Positions 9,300 to 19,029 are shown, counted from the stretch's first letter. The stretch is 64,000 bases of DNA from Bacteroidota bacterium (GCA_018267655.1 JAFDYB010000100.1:7999-71998); one strand, 5' to 3'. A program made the numbers and translations. The notes: generated by a model from the letters alone, not told the origin.

Positions 9300-11297
9300 C
9301 TATTTTGCAGTAACTTTAAATTCCGTTCGGCGGTTTTTTGCTTTGTTTTCGGGTGAATTATTAGGTACTTTTGGTTTAGTATCGGCATAACCTTTGTAGC
9401 TTAAGCGATTTGCAGGTATTTTTCCATTAGTAATTACATAATCGTAAACTGCTTTTGCACGATTGGTTGATAAGGTAAAATTAAATTTTTTATCGCCGCT
9501 ATTGTCGGTATGTCCGCTTAATTCAATTTTCAAATTAGCATTTTTCTTTAAAAACGAAATTAATTTTTCTAATTCGGCTTTGCTTTCGGGTTTTAAATCC
9601 CATTTATTTACATCAAAAAAAACGTTTTTTAATTCCACTGTATTTCCTGTATCTATAGGCAACAGAGGTATTTCAAGCTGAAAAGGTTTGTTGTAATCGG
9701 CAACTACATTTTTTAAAGAAAAATTATCGCTGTAATATAAATAGCCTTCTTTAGCAACATTTGCCATATAGTTTTTATTTGCAGTAAGCGTTACTAAAAA
9801 ATCGCCTTTTTTTGTAGAATAAGAACGGTTTATATTTTGTGCCGACTCAATATCATACAATTCAATAACTGCTTCGAGTGGTTGCTTGGTAATTGCATCG
9901 TAAACTTTTCCTTTTACATAGGTGATTTTTTCTGGCTTTAAATCTTCGGGCATTTCAAACATATAAATATCTAAACCACCAAAGCCACCTGCCTTATTGC
10001 TTGCATAGTAGGCAATTTTTCCATCGGGACCAACTAACAAGCTATTTTCATCGGCCGATGTGTTTATAGGATAACCCAAATTAACCGGTTCTGACCATTG
10101 CCCATCGGTTTGTTTTTTTGTTACAAAAATATCGTTCATGCCCATGCCGGGGTGCCCGTCGGAGCTAAAATACAGCGTTATATTGTCAGGGTGAATAAAT
10201 ACCGACTCTTCGTTTCTTGGGGTATTAATATTGTCGGGGAGTTTAATAGGGTCTCCAAACTTACCGTCATCGCCTATTGTGCTCACGTAAATGTTTGGAT
10301 CTTTTATTTCGCCGGTTCGCGAAATCATGCCTCTTACAAAATATAAGGTTTTGCCATCGCTGCTAAAACTTGGCTGTGTTTCCCAATTGGCAGTATTTAT
10401 AGGGGGACCTATGTTTACCGGTTTTGTCCAAATACCATTTACTTTTGCCGAATAAAAAATGTCGCAACTCCCGTAGCCTTTGCGGTCTGGGCTTCCATAA
10501 GTACCGTCTGCTTCCAAGCAAGATGCAAAAAACATATAATTACCATCTGCCGAAAGTGTTGGTGCACCTTCGTTGCCTGGAGTATTAACTGTTCTGAGTG
10601 GATGTGCATCTAACCATGTTTTTCCGTCTGATTTACTTTCGTAAAAATCTTCGTTGTAGTTTTTCATTCCGCCCGGCCCTGGGTATGGGCTTTCAAGGCG
10701 GCGAGTAAATAAAAAAGTTGTGTTATCAGCTGTAATTGCAGGAAAATATTCGTCTAAGTCGGTATTAATTCCCGACCCGGCATTAATGGGTTTGAAAGGT
10801 TTCGGATGCTTAACCGCATCGGCTGCAAACAATGCAGATTTAAGCATTCTGGAAGCTTCATCTTTCGTATTAGGGTTTACTCTTTGTGCAGTAGTAATAA
10901 TTTCAAATTCTTTTGCTGCTTTATCGTATTGCTCAGTAATAAAATATGCTCCGCCTAAATAAAAATGGTTATCAAATAAAATTTTAGGATTTATTTGTAA
11001 GGCTTTCTCATAATTCGGAATTGCAAGTGCCGGTTTTCCTTTACTCATTAAAAAATCAGCGTAAGCAGAATAGGCTTCAACAAAATTAGGATCTTCTTCA
11101 ATAGCTTTTTTAATCATTTTTTCAGCTTCAACATCTTTTCTCATGCCAAAATATTTTTTACTTTCTTCTAAATACTTAATGGCTTTTTTATTGGTGGAAG
11201 TGTAAGCACCGGGTGGCAAAAATGTTTGTGCGCTTAGTGTAACAGAATAAAGTATAAAAACTAAAATTAAGTGGTATAAATGTTTTTGTAAATTCAT
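9300..11297 (-). CDS. TPR / PD40 (TolB-like) / OmpA-domain envelope protein, paralogue 1
   Basis: 665 aa with a signal peptide ending TLSAQ. N-terminal TPRs, PD40-like repeats (EYFPAITADNTTFLFT, PTLSADGNYMFF, PSFSSDGKTLYF) and a C-terminal OmpA domain (VFFDVNKWDL...ELSGHTDNSGD...NRRTEFKV). Confidence 0.8.
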   Translation of the reverse strand: MNLQKHLYHLILVFILYSVTLSAQTFLPPGAYTSTNKKAIKYLEESKKYFGMRKDVEAEKMIKKAIEEDPNFVEAYSAYADFLMSKGKPALAIPNYEKALQINPKILFDNHFYLGGAYFITEQYDKAAKEFEIITTAQRVNPNTKDEASRMLKSALFAADAVKHPKPFKPINAGSGINTDLDEYFPAITADNTTFLFTRRLESPYPGPGGMKNYNEDFYESKSDGKTWLDAHPLRTVNTPGNEGAPTLSADGNYMFFASCLEADGTYGSPDRKGYGSCDIFYSAKVNGIWTKPVNIGPPINTANWETQPSFSSDGKTLYFVRGMISRTGEIKDPNIYVSTIGDDGKFGDPIKLPDNINTPRNEESVFIHPDNITLYFSSDGHPGMGMNDIFVTKKQTDGQWSEPVNLGYPINTSADENSLLVGPDGKIAYYASNKAGGFGGLDIYMFEMPEDLKPEKITYVKGKVYDAITKQPLEAVIELYDIESAQNINRSYSTKKGDFLVTLTANKNYMANVAKEGYLYYSDNFSLKNVVADYNKPFQLEIPLLPIDTGNTVELKNVFFDVNKWDLKPESKAELEKLISFLKKNANLKIELSGHTDNSGDKKFNFTLSTNRAKAVYDYVITNGKIPANRLSYKGYADTKPKVPNNSPENKAKNRRTEFKVTAK

Positions 11298-11303
11298 TTT
11301 TAA

Positions 11304-11684
11304 CTAGGATTCGTCAAACAAATTCATTTGGCTACTAAAATCTTCTTCTATTTTTGGTTTTATAATTTTAGCAGGTTTTTCTTTTTTAGGAATTCTTTCT
11401 TTTTTTATAACAACATATTCAATTTCTTCATCATCTTCAGTTTTAGGAGGATCGGGAATATTGTTTTCCAACTTATGGTAGCGAGCAGCCACTGTAATTT
11501 CATCTAACAACATCACTAATTCAAACGCTGTCGCATCTTTTCGTTTTTCGGCAATTACTTGCTGTTTACGCAATATATCTATGCGCCTGCTCAGCCTATC
11601 ATCGCTGTAGTTATTTGCCAAAAATAATACCCACTCTTCAAACTTCTCGTTGGCTTCTTTTAGTTGCATTTCAATTGCTCTCAT
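11304..11684 (-). CDS. Hypothetical small protein translationally coupled to the type IIG RM gene
   Basis: 126 aa. Its ATG overlaps the RM stop (14-nt overlap 11671-11684) and its stop lies 6 nt before the next gene's ATG. Helical N-terminus, charged tail, C-terminus ...SSQMNLFDES. Confidence 0.5.
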   Translation of the reverse strand: MRAIEMQLKEANEKFEEWVLFLANNYSDDRLSRRIDILRKQQVIAEKRKDATAFELVMLLDEITVAARYHKLENNIPDPPKTEDDEEIEYVVIKKERIPKKEKPAKIIKPKIEEDFSSQMNLFDES

Positions 11685-14520
11685 CTACTGCTTCTATTAG
11701 TTGAATTTCTTTTGGAGTTAAGTTATATAATTTATAGACAATTTCATCAATTTGATTTTCAAATGATTTTATTTTTTGAAAATTTCTAGTGTTTTCTTTT
11801 TCATTGTACATCTCAACAACCTTTTCTGCTAATTTAATCAATTTTTCAGAAAATTCATTGTCAATTTTTTTAATTGGTAAGTTTTTAGCATCGTTAGGGT
11901 AAAAGTGAAGTTCTTCACTTAAAAAATTTCTAAAATACCAATTTATTAAATTTGAATTTAGTATGGCTAATAAATAAAAGTAATTGTACTTGGCACATTC
12001 CTCAATAGTTGCGTTTTCAAGTGCTTTGCGGGCAGAAATATGTTTTGCCTTAGTTAATTTATCAATTCTAACACAGTTAATTACAGTATGACTATTATAA
12101 TATTTTTTATTATCGTAAGCAAATCTTAATCGGTCTTTTACAATATTGATAAACATTATTTTTTCATTTTCAAATAATTCAGGGAACATTGAATTGTAGT
12201 GCTCATTTGGAGAATAATTTAGCCAACCATATTGGCTATAATGATAGCGTTCGATATTTTTTCCTTCTAAAAACGGTTTAAATCCTTTTTGTTTTTTATC
12301 TGAAATATAAAAATCTTTTCCTATTTTTTTTGTTTTATGGTTTAACCTTGCTCCATAGGCTATTAGGCAAATATCAGAAAGAGAAAGGCTTTTTTTCCAA
12401 AGTTTTTCCTTAATTGAAATTAATTTACTTACCGGTTTTGTTTCAAATCTCGAGTCTTCTAATTTCGTAAATGAATTTTGTTCTATCTGAAACTTTTCAG
12501 GTTTATTCAAAACAAAATCGCTTTCTGAATTAAAACGAACGATTGATGTTTTTAAATTTTCTATTTTTTGATTGTTTTGAATCGTTAAAATTATATTCTT
12601 CACAATTGCCGACGAGAAAACAAAAAAGTTACTTGTATCAACAATTTCTTTAACATGATAACTTTCTAAAAGTTTTTGACGCAAAAGTGTGCCATAATTT
12701 TGATTCGTAAATGCATACGGTATAATAAATGAAATTAACCCGTCTTTTGAAATTATCTTCAAAGATTTTTCGATAAATGCAACGTAAATATCTGTCCTAC
12801 CCTTACAATATTGGTAGTTTTTAAAAAAATATTTTTTACTTTCTGTATTTAAGTTTTCGATATTTACATACGGAGGATTGCCAATTACTGCGTTAAAACC
12901 ACCTTGCTTAAAAACATTAGGGAAAGAAACCCTCCAATCGAATGCTCTAATTTTTTTCTCTAATTTTGCAATTGAAACTTTATCAAGTTCCAATTCATTT
13001 TCAGAAATATCAAACCCAATCAGAGAATTTCCGTTTACAATATTTTTATCAAGGTCGGGCAACACGCGGGTGTGATATAAAGCCAATTGCTGTTTAATTG
13101 AAGAAGCTGTTTCACCCTCCATACATTTGAGTAATAAACTTAACTTACTTACTTCAACAGCATTTTCATCTAAGTCAACTCCAAAAATATTGTTTATTAA
13201 AATAGTTCGTTTTTCGCTTGTTGTAAGTGTACCATCGGGGTTAAGCTCTTTGCTGTTTTTTGATTTACTGTAATAATAATTTTGATGATAGTTTAAAATG
13301 TAATTGTATGCCCCCAATAAAAAAGAGCCGCTACCGCAGGAAGGGTCAACGATTTTAATTTTTTCTATTTCTTTGGGCGTTTTGCCTTCAATTAATTTTC
13401 CAACCGTATTTTCTACAATATAATCTACAATGTATTGTGGTGTATAATACACTCCGCCTGCTTTGCGTACTTCGAGTTTTTTTTCGATTTCTACTTTGTG
13501 GCCTGCTGTAATTCGCAATACTTTTCCTAAAAATTGTTCGTAAGCATTTCCTAAAATTTCAACTGGCATTATGTAAAACGAGTAATCGCTTTTTGGCAAG
13601 TATAAATCGTCAATTATTTTGTGTATAATTTCATCTTCGATTTTTAATTTTTCAGTAATGCATCCGTTTTGAAAATGAAATAATCCGGAATTGTATTTTT
13701 GATCGGCAGTATAAAAAAGGTCGAATAAATTTTTATATGAATATTTGTGTTTTGCAGCCGATTGTAGTTGCCCCATAGGTTCTACTTCTCTATCTTCGCA
13801 AAAACGCAGAAAAATAATTCTATCTAAAAGTAATTGAACGGCATGGTTTAAATCTTCGCTTCCTATTTTTAAATTGTTTGCTGCAATATTTTTTGCAAGA
13901 ATTAATCGCCATTTATCAAGGCTTGCAACAAAATCTTTATCGAGTGCTACATTGCCTTTTTTTTGAGTTTTGTCGTTTATAAATTCGTGAAAATTTCCAT
14001 TATAAATAGCATCACGTCCAAAAGTGTCGTATATAAAATCGAAATTGCTTTCGTACTCATCAATGGTTAAATATTTAATGCGGGCAAATTTTGCATCGCT
14101 CGAAGCATTTTGCTTTTGTGTGCAATCGTAAACGGCAAATTCGGCAAAATTAAATAAAATTGAGATGGGGGTTTTTCCGGCGTTACCGTACCAGCGCGCT
14201 TGTTGTGCAGCATCTTTATTATTTTTTAGAATTACACTAGGGCTTTTTGCTTCAATAAAAAACAAACGATTGTTGCTTCCCGATTTTCTAAACCCGTAAT
14301 CAGGCGCACGTTTTTTAACTCTATCTTGCGTAACAACTTCTCTTAAAAAAGGGGCAAGGCCTCTACTTTCCAAATCCCAACCTAAGGCTCTTAAAAAAGG
14401 TTTTATAAACAATTCTTCGCAATGATTTTCAAGAAAGTCGTTTGAAAGGTGATATTCCTTGTTTTTTTCAAAGTCGGCAATGAGCACTTTTATTTTTTGC
14501 AAGGATTCTATCTTGGTCAT
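11671..14520 (-). CDS. Type IIG restriction-modification enzyme (PD-(D/E)xK nuclease + gamma-class N6-adenine methyltransferase + TaqI-like specificity region)
   Basis: 949 aa. Nuclease motif RAPDYGF...FIEAKSP (about 14241-14310). SAM motif I VDPSCGSGSFLL (about 13325-13347). Motif IV VIGNPPYV (NPPY at 12868-12879). Long C-terminal region after the MTase, as in Eco57I/MmeI-like enzymes. Confidence 0.75.
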   Translation of the reverse strand: MTKIESLQKIKVLIADFEKNKEYHLSNDFLENHCEELFIKPFLRALGWDLESRGLAPFLREVVTQDRVKKRAPDYGFRKSGSNNRLFFIEAKSPSVILKNNKDAAQQARWYGNAGKTPISILFNFAEFAVYDCTQKQNASSDAKFARIKYLTIDEYESNFDFIYDTFGRDAIYNGNFHEFINDKTQKKGNVALDKDFVASLDKWRLILAKNIAANNLKIGSEDLNHAVQLLLDRIIFLRFCEDREVEPMGQLQSAAKHKYSYKNLFDLFYTADQKYNSGLFHFQNGCITEKLKIEDEIIHKIIDDLYLPKSDYSFYIMPVEILGNAYEQFLGKVLRITAGHKVEIEKKLEVRKAGGVYYTPQYIVDYIVENTVGKLIEGKTPKEIEKIKIVDPSCGSGSFLLGAYNYILNYHQNYYYSKSKNSKELNPDGTLTTSEKRTILINNIFGVDLDENAVEVSKLSLLLKCMEGETASSIKQQLALYHTRVLPDLDKNIVNGNSLIGFDISENELELDKVSIAKLEKKIRAFDWRVSFPNVFKQGGFNAVIGNPPYVNIENLNTESKKYFFKNYQYCKGRTDIYVAFIEKSLKIISKDGLISFIIPYAFTNQNYGTLLRQKLLESYHVKEIVDTSNFFVFSSAIVKNIILTIQNNQKIENLKTSIVRFNSESDFVLNKPEKFQIEQNSFTKLEDSRFETKPVSKLISIKEKLWKKSLSLSDICLIAYGARLNHKTKKIGKDFYISDKKQKGFKPFLEGKNIERYHYSQYGWLNYSPNEHYNSMFPELFENEKIMFINIVKDRLRFAYDNKKYYNSHTVINCVRIDKLTKAKHISARKALENATIEECAKYNYFYLLAILNSNLINWYFRNFLSEELHFYPNDAKNLPIKKIDNEFSEKLIKLAEKVVEMYNEKENTRNFQKIKSFENQIDEIVYKLYNLTPKEIQLIEAVDESN

Positions 14521-14752
14521 GCGGTATTAATTTGAATTTAAAGGTACTAAATTTTATTTTTATCATTGTTTAAATTTCAACTCAAATTCTTAACGTTTAC
14601 TTTTGTTTTCTTTAAACCCAAATTCTACAGTAGAGAAAAAGGGTAGTTTTTGGCAATAAATATAATGCTCAGCAGTAGAAAAAAATCATACATAAAAAAT
14701 TTATTCTAATGAATACTTAGTCGCGCCATTGAGAGAAATTTTTTGTGAATTT

Positions 14753-16723
14753 TTAATTACCAAAACTTACAGCAATAATTTGAATTTTTCTTTCACGAGC
14801 GGCAGAGGGGTTATAAATGCTGTTTCTGGTATCATAATAATCATCGCTTACCTTACTTAACGGTAACTCGCCAATATCTACATTTTCAAAAATAATTTTT
14901 CCTTTTAATTCAGTAGATGCATTGTCTATGTATTTTTTAAAATATCCGCTTTTATATTCACTAAAGTAATTGCGCAAACTGCTTATTCTTCGTTTAGCTA
15001 AATTAATATTATAGTCGGTACTTGCTAATGGGCTACAATAGCCTTTCATTGTTATTTTTACAGTTTCGCCTTTTAATAAAACACTTTCGAGTAATATTGC
15101 AAAACGTTTTAAATCTTCCATTCCGGCATCAACACTGTCAGTAAAAAAAGCATCGATTTTTTCTAAAGCTGTGGTTTTAGCATCGTCTTTTAATCCCTTA
15201 GAAAACTCTGACTGATATTGAGACTGCAACGATTTATAATTCATGTAAGTTAATTCGTAATTTTTATCCGTCGTGATATTTTTTGTTTTTGGGTCGGGTT
15301 CGTCATTATGAAAATAGAGCGTTAAAGGCACCAATAACTTCATTTGATTTTTATTTAACTCTAAGGTATCAATTGGCTTTACTTCTTCTATTTTCGAAAG
15401 CTCTATGTTAAAGCGGTAAATATCGTTGCAGCAATTTAGTTTACTTTCAAAGTAAGAGCCAAGTCGATTACTGCTTAAATAAGCACGGTTACGATCTTTA
15501 TTAACTGAAAAATAAATATCATTGTACGAACTGTTAATTGGATATCCAACGTTTTGAGGCTCTGTAAAACCACTATCACTGTATGTGCTTTTAAAAATAT
15601 CATATCCACCAAGCCCTTTATGATATGTGCTGCTAAAATACAATTGTTTTTGTTCGTTAACGTACCATGGCGTAATCTCATCATCGGGTGTGTTAATTTT
15701 TTTTCCACAATTTACAGGCTCTACAAAAGTTCCATTATCATTTACTTCGCTGTACCATATATCTAACCCTCCTACCCCTCCTTTTCTGTTGCTTGCAAAA
15801 AACAGAACTATCTTCCCGTTTATTTCACCAAAACAAGGTTGGGTTGAGTTTACATTTATTGTATTTATTGGCTCAGCTAGTTTTTTAAATTGACTCCAAT
15901 TTCCATTTACCAATTTGCTTTGATAAATATTGCAAGTATAGTCGCTTCCGTTTTTAGCAATACACCTCGACACAAGCATTTGCTTATAATCGGGCGAAAA
16001 ACAAGTGTTTGCATTGTGCATACCGCTTGCATTAATAGCAGTATCAAGTGTTTTTACTTTTTGCCATTTAGATTTTCTATTTTCTGATTTATAAAGTTTA
16101 TTATAACTTACATTATTTGCATCTGCAAACCCATTATATCTGAGCGATGAAAAATAAAGTGCACTATCAGCTTCAAATGCAGCATATTCACTTACTTTAC
16201 TGTTTATAGTTGAGTCTAAATGTTCTACCTTAACACCTACAATAGGGTTTTTTATAAGATATGGCGCTAACTCACAAGCTTCCATTTCTAATTTTGCTTT
16301 TGGTAAAAAATAATTCCAATCAACATTCTTTTTTTTATTTTTTATTTTACTGAATTTAGTAAACATTTTTTTTGCTTCTTTATAATTTGTTTTATTCTTA
16401 TATAATTGCCCCATCCAATAATAGCTTAAGGGATAATTTTGCCCCATATCAATGCCGGCAATTTTGTTATATAAACGCAAAGCAATATCGTTGTCAAAAT
16501 TTAATCGGCTCGCTTCAGCATAATTGTAAATCAAATGTAAATCGCTGCTATCTCGGTTAAATAAGCGATTATAATATTGAGCGGCTTCAAACCATTCTTT
16601 TTCTTTAAATGCTCTATCACCTTCTTTTAAAAGCTTTTCATTCGTTTGCGACAAAGAGACAATGCTGTTGCAAAACAACATTAGTAAAAAAAATTTTAAG
16701 TCTATTTTCAATAATTTTTTCAC
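14753..16723 (-). CDS. TPR / PD40 / divergent OmpA-like envelope protein, paralogue 2
   Basis: 656 aa with a signal peptide ending SLSQ. N-terminal TPRs and PD40-like repeats (CFSPDYKQMLVS, PWYVNEQKQLYFSS). The C-terminus (ITMKGYCSPLASTDYNINLAKRRISSL) is only loosely OmpA-like. Confidence 0.7.
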   Translation of the reverse strand: MKKLLKIDLKFFLLMLFCNSIVSLSQTNEKLLKEGDRAFKEKEWFEAAQYYNRLFNRDSSDLHLIYNYAEASRLNFDNDIALRLYNKIAGIDMGQNYPLSYYWMGQLYKNKTNYKEAKKMFTKFSKIKNKKKNVDWNYFLPKAKLEMEACELAPYLIKNPIVGVKVEHLDSTINSKVSEYAAFEADSALYFSSLRYNGFADANNVSYNKLYKSENRKSKWQKVKTLDTAINASGMHNANTCFSPDYKQMLVSRCIAKNGSDYTCNIYQSKLVNGNWSQFKKLAEPINTINVNSTQPCFGEINGKIVLFFASNRKGGVGGLDIWYSEVNDNGTFVEPVNCGKKINTPDDEITPWYVNEQKQLYFSSTYHKGLGGYDIFKSTYSDSGFTEPQNVGYPINSSYNDIYFSVNKDRNRAYLSSNRLGSYFESKLNCCNDIYRFNIELSKIEEVKPIDTLELNKNQMKLLVPLTLYFHNDEPDPKTKNITTDKNYELTYMNYKSLQSQYQSEFSKGLKDDAKTTALEKIDAFFTDSVDAGMEDLKRFAILLESVLLKGETVKITMKGYCSPLASTDYNINLAKRRISSLRNYFSEYKSGYFKKYIDNASTELKGKIIFENVDIGELPLSKVSDDYYDTRNSIYNPSAARERKIQIIAVSFGN

Positions 16724-16727
16724 AAAT

Positions 16728-17741
16728 CTACATAAATACCGGGCAAGGCTTTTTCTTAACTATAAATTTATTTGGTTTTAAAATTATATAATTAATAAAT
16801 ATTTCAAATGCACCTCTTTTGTTGGTTGCTGCTGTAAAACGGCTGGTATTAATATCATAACTAATACCCGCTTGCATTAATTTATGCGAATAACCCATTC
16901 TAAAAATAATAGCATCGCGTGCACGAAGCATAAGGCCTGCACTAATTGATTGGTTTATATTTTTATCTAAAAAATATTTTAAACCGGCATGCGGAATTAC
17001 TTCGTAATACTTAGCTTGTTTATTAAACAACAATTCTGCCACTAAATCGAGCTTTTGTGCAATAGGTGTTGAATAAGCTAAGTAATTTGACAACTTAAAA
17101 TCTAAGCGGCTTTTGTCATTTCCCATGTAACTAATTACAGGTTGATTTATATGATAAAATGCAATACCATAATTAAATCTATGTTTTTGTTTAAAAATAT
17201 ATTGAGTGCCTAAACCAAAATTAAAATCGCCAAAGTTGTATTGTGTGTATGTAAAATTTTCGCCGGTTGCCAGCCCGCTATTATAGGCTGTTCCATCAAA
17301 CTGATTGTCAAAAGTCATTCTGTTATAATCAAAGCCAACACGGCAAAAGCCAATATTTGCCCCGGCCGAAATTAAAAAACTGCTGTCGCGTTTAGCTAAA
17401 AAAATATACGAACCGCTTAAATAAATTTGATTTGTTACATACCTAGTATCACCTGCTCGATCATTATTAAATTGCAAACCAACTCCTAAAGCATCGCGTT
17501 TAAAAGACTCTGGTCTAAAACGAGCATCTGCACTTAGGCCGGTTGTAGTATAAGGAACCGGAACTGCTTGCCATTGTGTTCTAAAAATACCTCCAAAACG
17601 ATAATCACCATTAAAAAACCCAGTAAATGCCGGATTTAAATTAAGCAAAGAACCATTGTATTGCGAAAAGTGTATATCCTGCGCAAAAAAATTTGTTGTG
17701 TAAACAAAAAAAAGTATAAGTATTTTATAATAACTTTTAAT
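16728..17741 (-). CDS. PorP/SprF-family type IX secretion membrane protein
   Basis: NLNPAFTGFFNGDYRFGGIFRTQWQ is typical of the family. The family motif AQDIHFSQY (17658-17684) and a signal peptide lie upstream of the ORF-track TTG (17648). Only ATT (17739-17741) or CTG (17742-17744) are available before the stop at 17745-17747. Confidence 0.8.
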   Translation of the reverse strand: MKSYYKILILFFVYTTNFFAQDIHFSQYNGSLLNLNPAFTGFFNGDYRFGGIFRTQWQAVPVPYTTTGLSADARFRPESFKRDALGVGLQFNNDRAGDTRYVTNQIYLSGSYIFLAKRDSSFLISAGANIGFCRVGFDYNRMTFDNQFDGTAYNSGLATGENFTYTQYNFGDFNFGLGTQYIFKQKHRFNYGIAFYHINQPVISYMGNDKSRLDFKLSNYLAYSTPIAQKLDLVAELLFNKQAKYYEVIPHAGLKYFLDKNINQSISAGLMLRARDAIIFRMGYSHKLMQAGISYDINTSRFTAATNKRGAFEIFINYIILKPNKFIVKKKPCPVFM

Positions 17742-17799
17742 CAGTTAAATTTAATTAAAAATCCTCAAAAACAAAATCAAAAATAACACGTTAATTTAT

Positions 17800-17807
17800 T
17801 AAATTTG
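17800..17807 (+). promoter_or_regulatory. Candidate -7 box TAAATTTG upstream of gcdH
   Basis: Matches TAnnTTTG and ends 22 nt before the ATG at 17830. Confidence 0.4.
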
Positions 17808-17829
17808 AAACCCTATTTAAAATATAACA

Positions 17830-19014
17830 ATGGCAACCGACAATTTTCAAGCACACGACTATTATTTGATGGACGAGTTATTAAGCGACGAACACAAATT
17901 AATACGCGACACAGCCCGCGCATGGGTTAAAAAAGAGGTTACTCCAATAGTTGAAGAGTATGCTCAAAAATCAGAATTTCCGAAGCAATGGATTAAAGGT
18001 TTAGCTGAAATAGGCGCCTTTGGTCCTTATATTCCACAAGAATATGGTGGCCCGGGGTTAGACCAAATAAGCTATGGACTAATTATGCAAGAGCTTGAAA
18101 GGGGCGACAGCGGACTACGATCAACTGCATCAGTGCAAAGTTCATTAGTTATGTTTCCTATATACACTTACGGAAGTGAAGAACAAAAGCGCAAGTATTT
18201 ACCAAAACTTGCCACTGGCGATATGATGGGTTGCTTTGGTTTAACCGAGCCAGATTTTGGCAGCAACCCCGGTGGTATGATTACAAATATTAAAGATGCG
18301 GGTGATGGTAAAAATGTTGTGCTTAATGGCGCAAAAATGTGGATAAGCAATGCGCCATTTGCAGATATTGCAGTTGTGTGGGCTAAAGATGAAGCGGGCG
18401 ATATTAGAGGTCTTGTTGTTGAGCGTGGTATGAAAGGTTTTACAACCCCCGAAACACATGGCAAATGGAGCTTACGCGCAAGTGCTACAGGCGAATTAGT
18501 GTTTGATAATGTTGTTGTTCCGAAAGAAAATATATTTCCTAGTATAAAAGGATTAAAAGGACCTTTAGGTTGTTTAAATAGTGCTCGCTATGGCATAGCT
18601 TGGGGTGTTATAGGTGCCGCAATGGATTGTTATGACAGTGCTTTACGCTACAGTAAAGAACGAGTTCAGTTTGGTAAACCCATTGGCGCTTTTCAATTAA
18701 CACAAAAAAAATTAGCCGAAATGATTACTGAAATTACTAAAGCTCAAATGCTAACTTGGCGTTTAGGTGTGTTAAAAAACGAGCATCGCGCTACACCTTC
18801 GCAAATAAGTATGGCTAAACGCAACAATGTTAACATGGCATTACAAATAGCCCGCGAAGCAAGGCAAATACATGGAGGCATGGGTATTACCGGCGAATAT
18901 CCAATAATGCGCCACATGATGAACCTCGAAAGTGTTATTACATACGAAGGCACACACGACATACATTTACTAATTACAGGTATGGACGTAACGGGCTTTA
19001 ACGCTTTTAACTAA
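17830..19014 (+). CDS. gcdH: Glutaryl-CoA dehydrogenase-type acyl-CoA dehydrogenase
   Basis: 394 aa with GCFGLTEPDFGSNPGGM, LNSARYGIAWGVIGAA and QFGKPIGAFQLTQKKLAEM motifs. Confidence 0.8.
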   Translation: MATDNFQAHDYYLMDELLSDEHKLIRDTARAWVKKEVTPIVEEYAQKSEFPKQWIKGLAEIGAFGPYIPQEYGGPGLDQISYGLIMQELERGDSGLRSTASVQSSLVMFPIYTYGSEEQKRKYLPKLATGDMMGCFGLTEPDFGSNPGGMITNIKDAGDGKNVVLNGAKMWISNAPFADIAVVWAKDEAGDIRGLVVERGMKGFTTPETHGKWSLRASATGELVFDNVVVPKENIFPSIKGLKGPLGCLNSARYGIAWGVIGAAMDCYDSALRYSKERVQFGKPIGAFQLTQKKLAEMITEITKAQMLTWRLGVLKNEHRATPSQISMAKRNNVNMALQIAREARQIHGGMGITGEYPIMRHMMNLESVITYEGTHDIHLLITGMDVTGFNAFN

Positions 19015-19029
19015 ACAATTTAAACTACT

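Noticed and set aside
15475-16791. Several 60-90-aa ORFs on both strands inside the 14753-16723 gene, running into the 3' end of the PorP/SprF gene (16728-17741)
   Set aside because: They are nested in, or antisense to, long coherent CDS, as expected by chance in AT-rich DNA.
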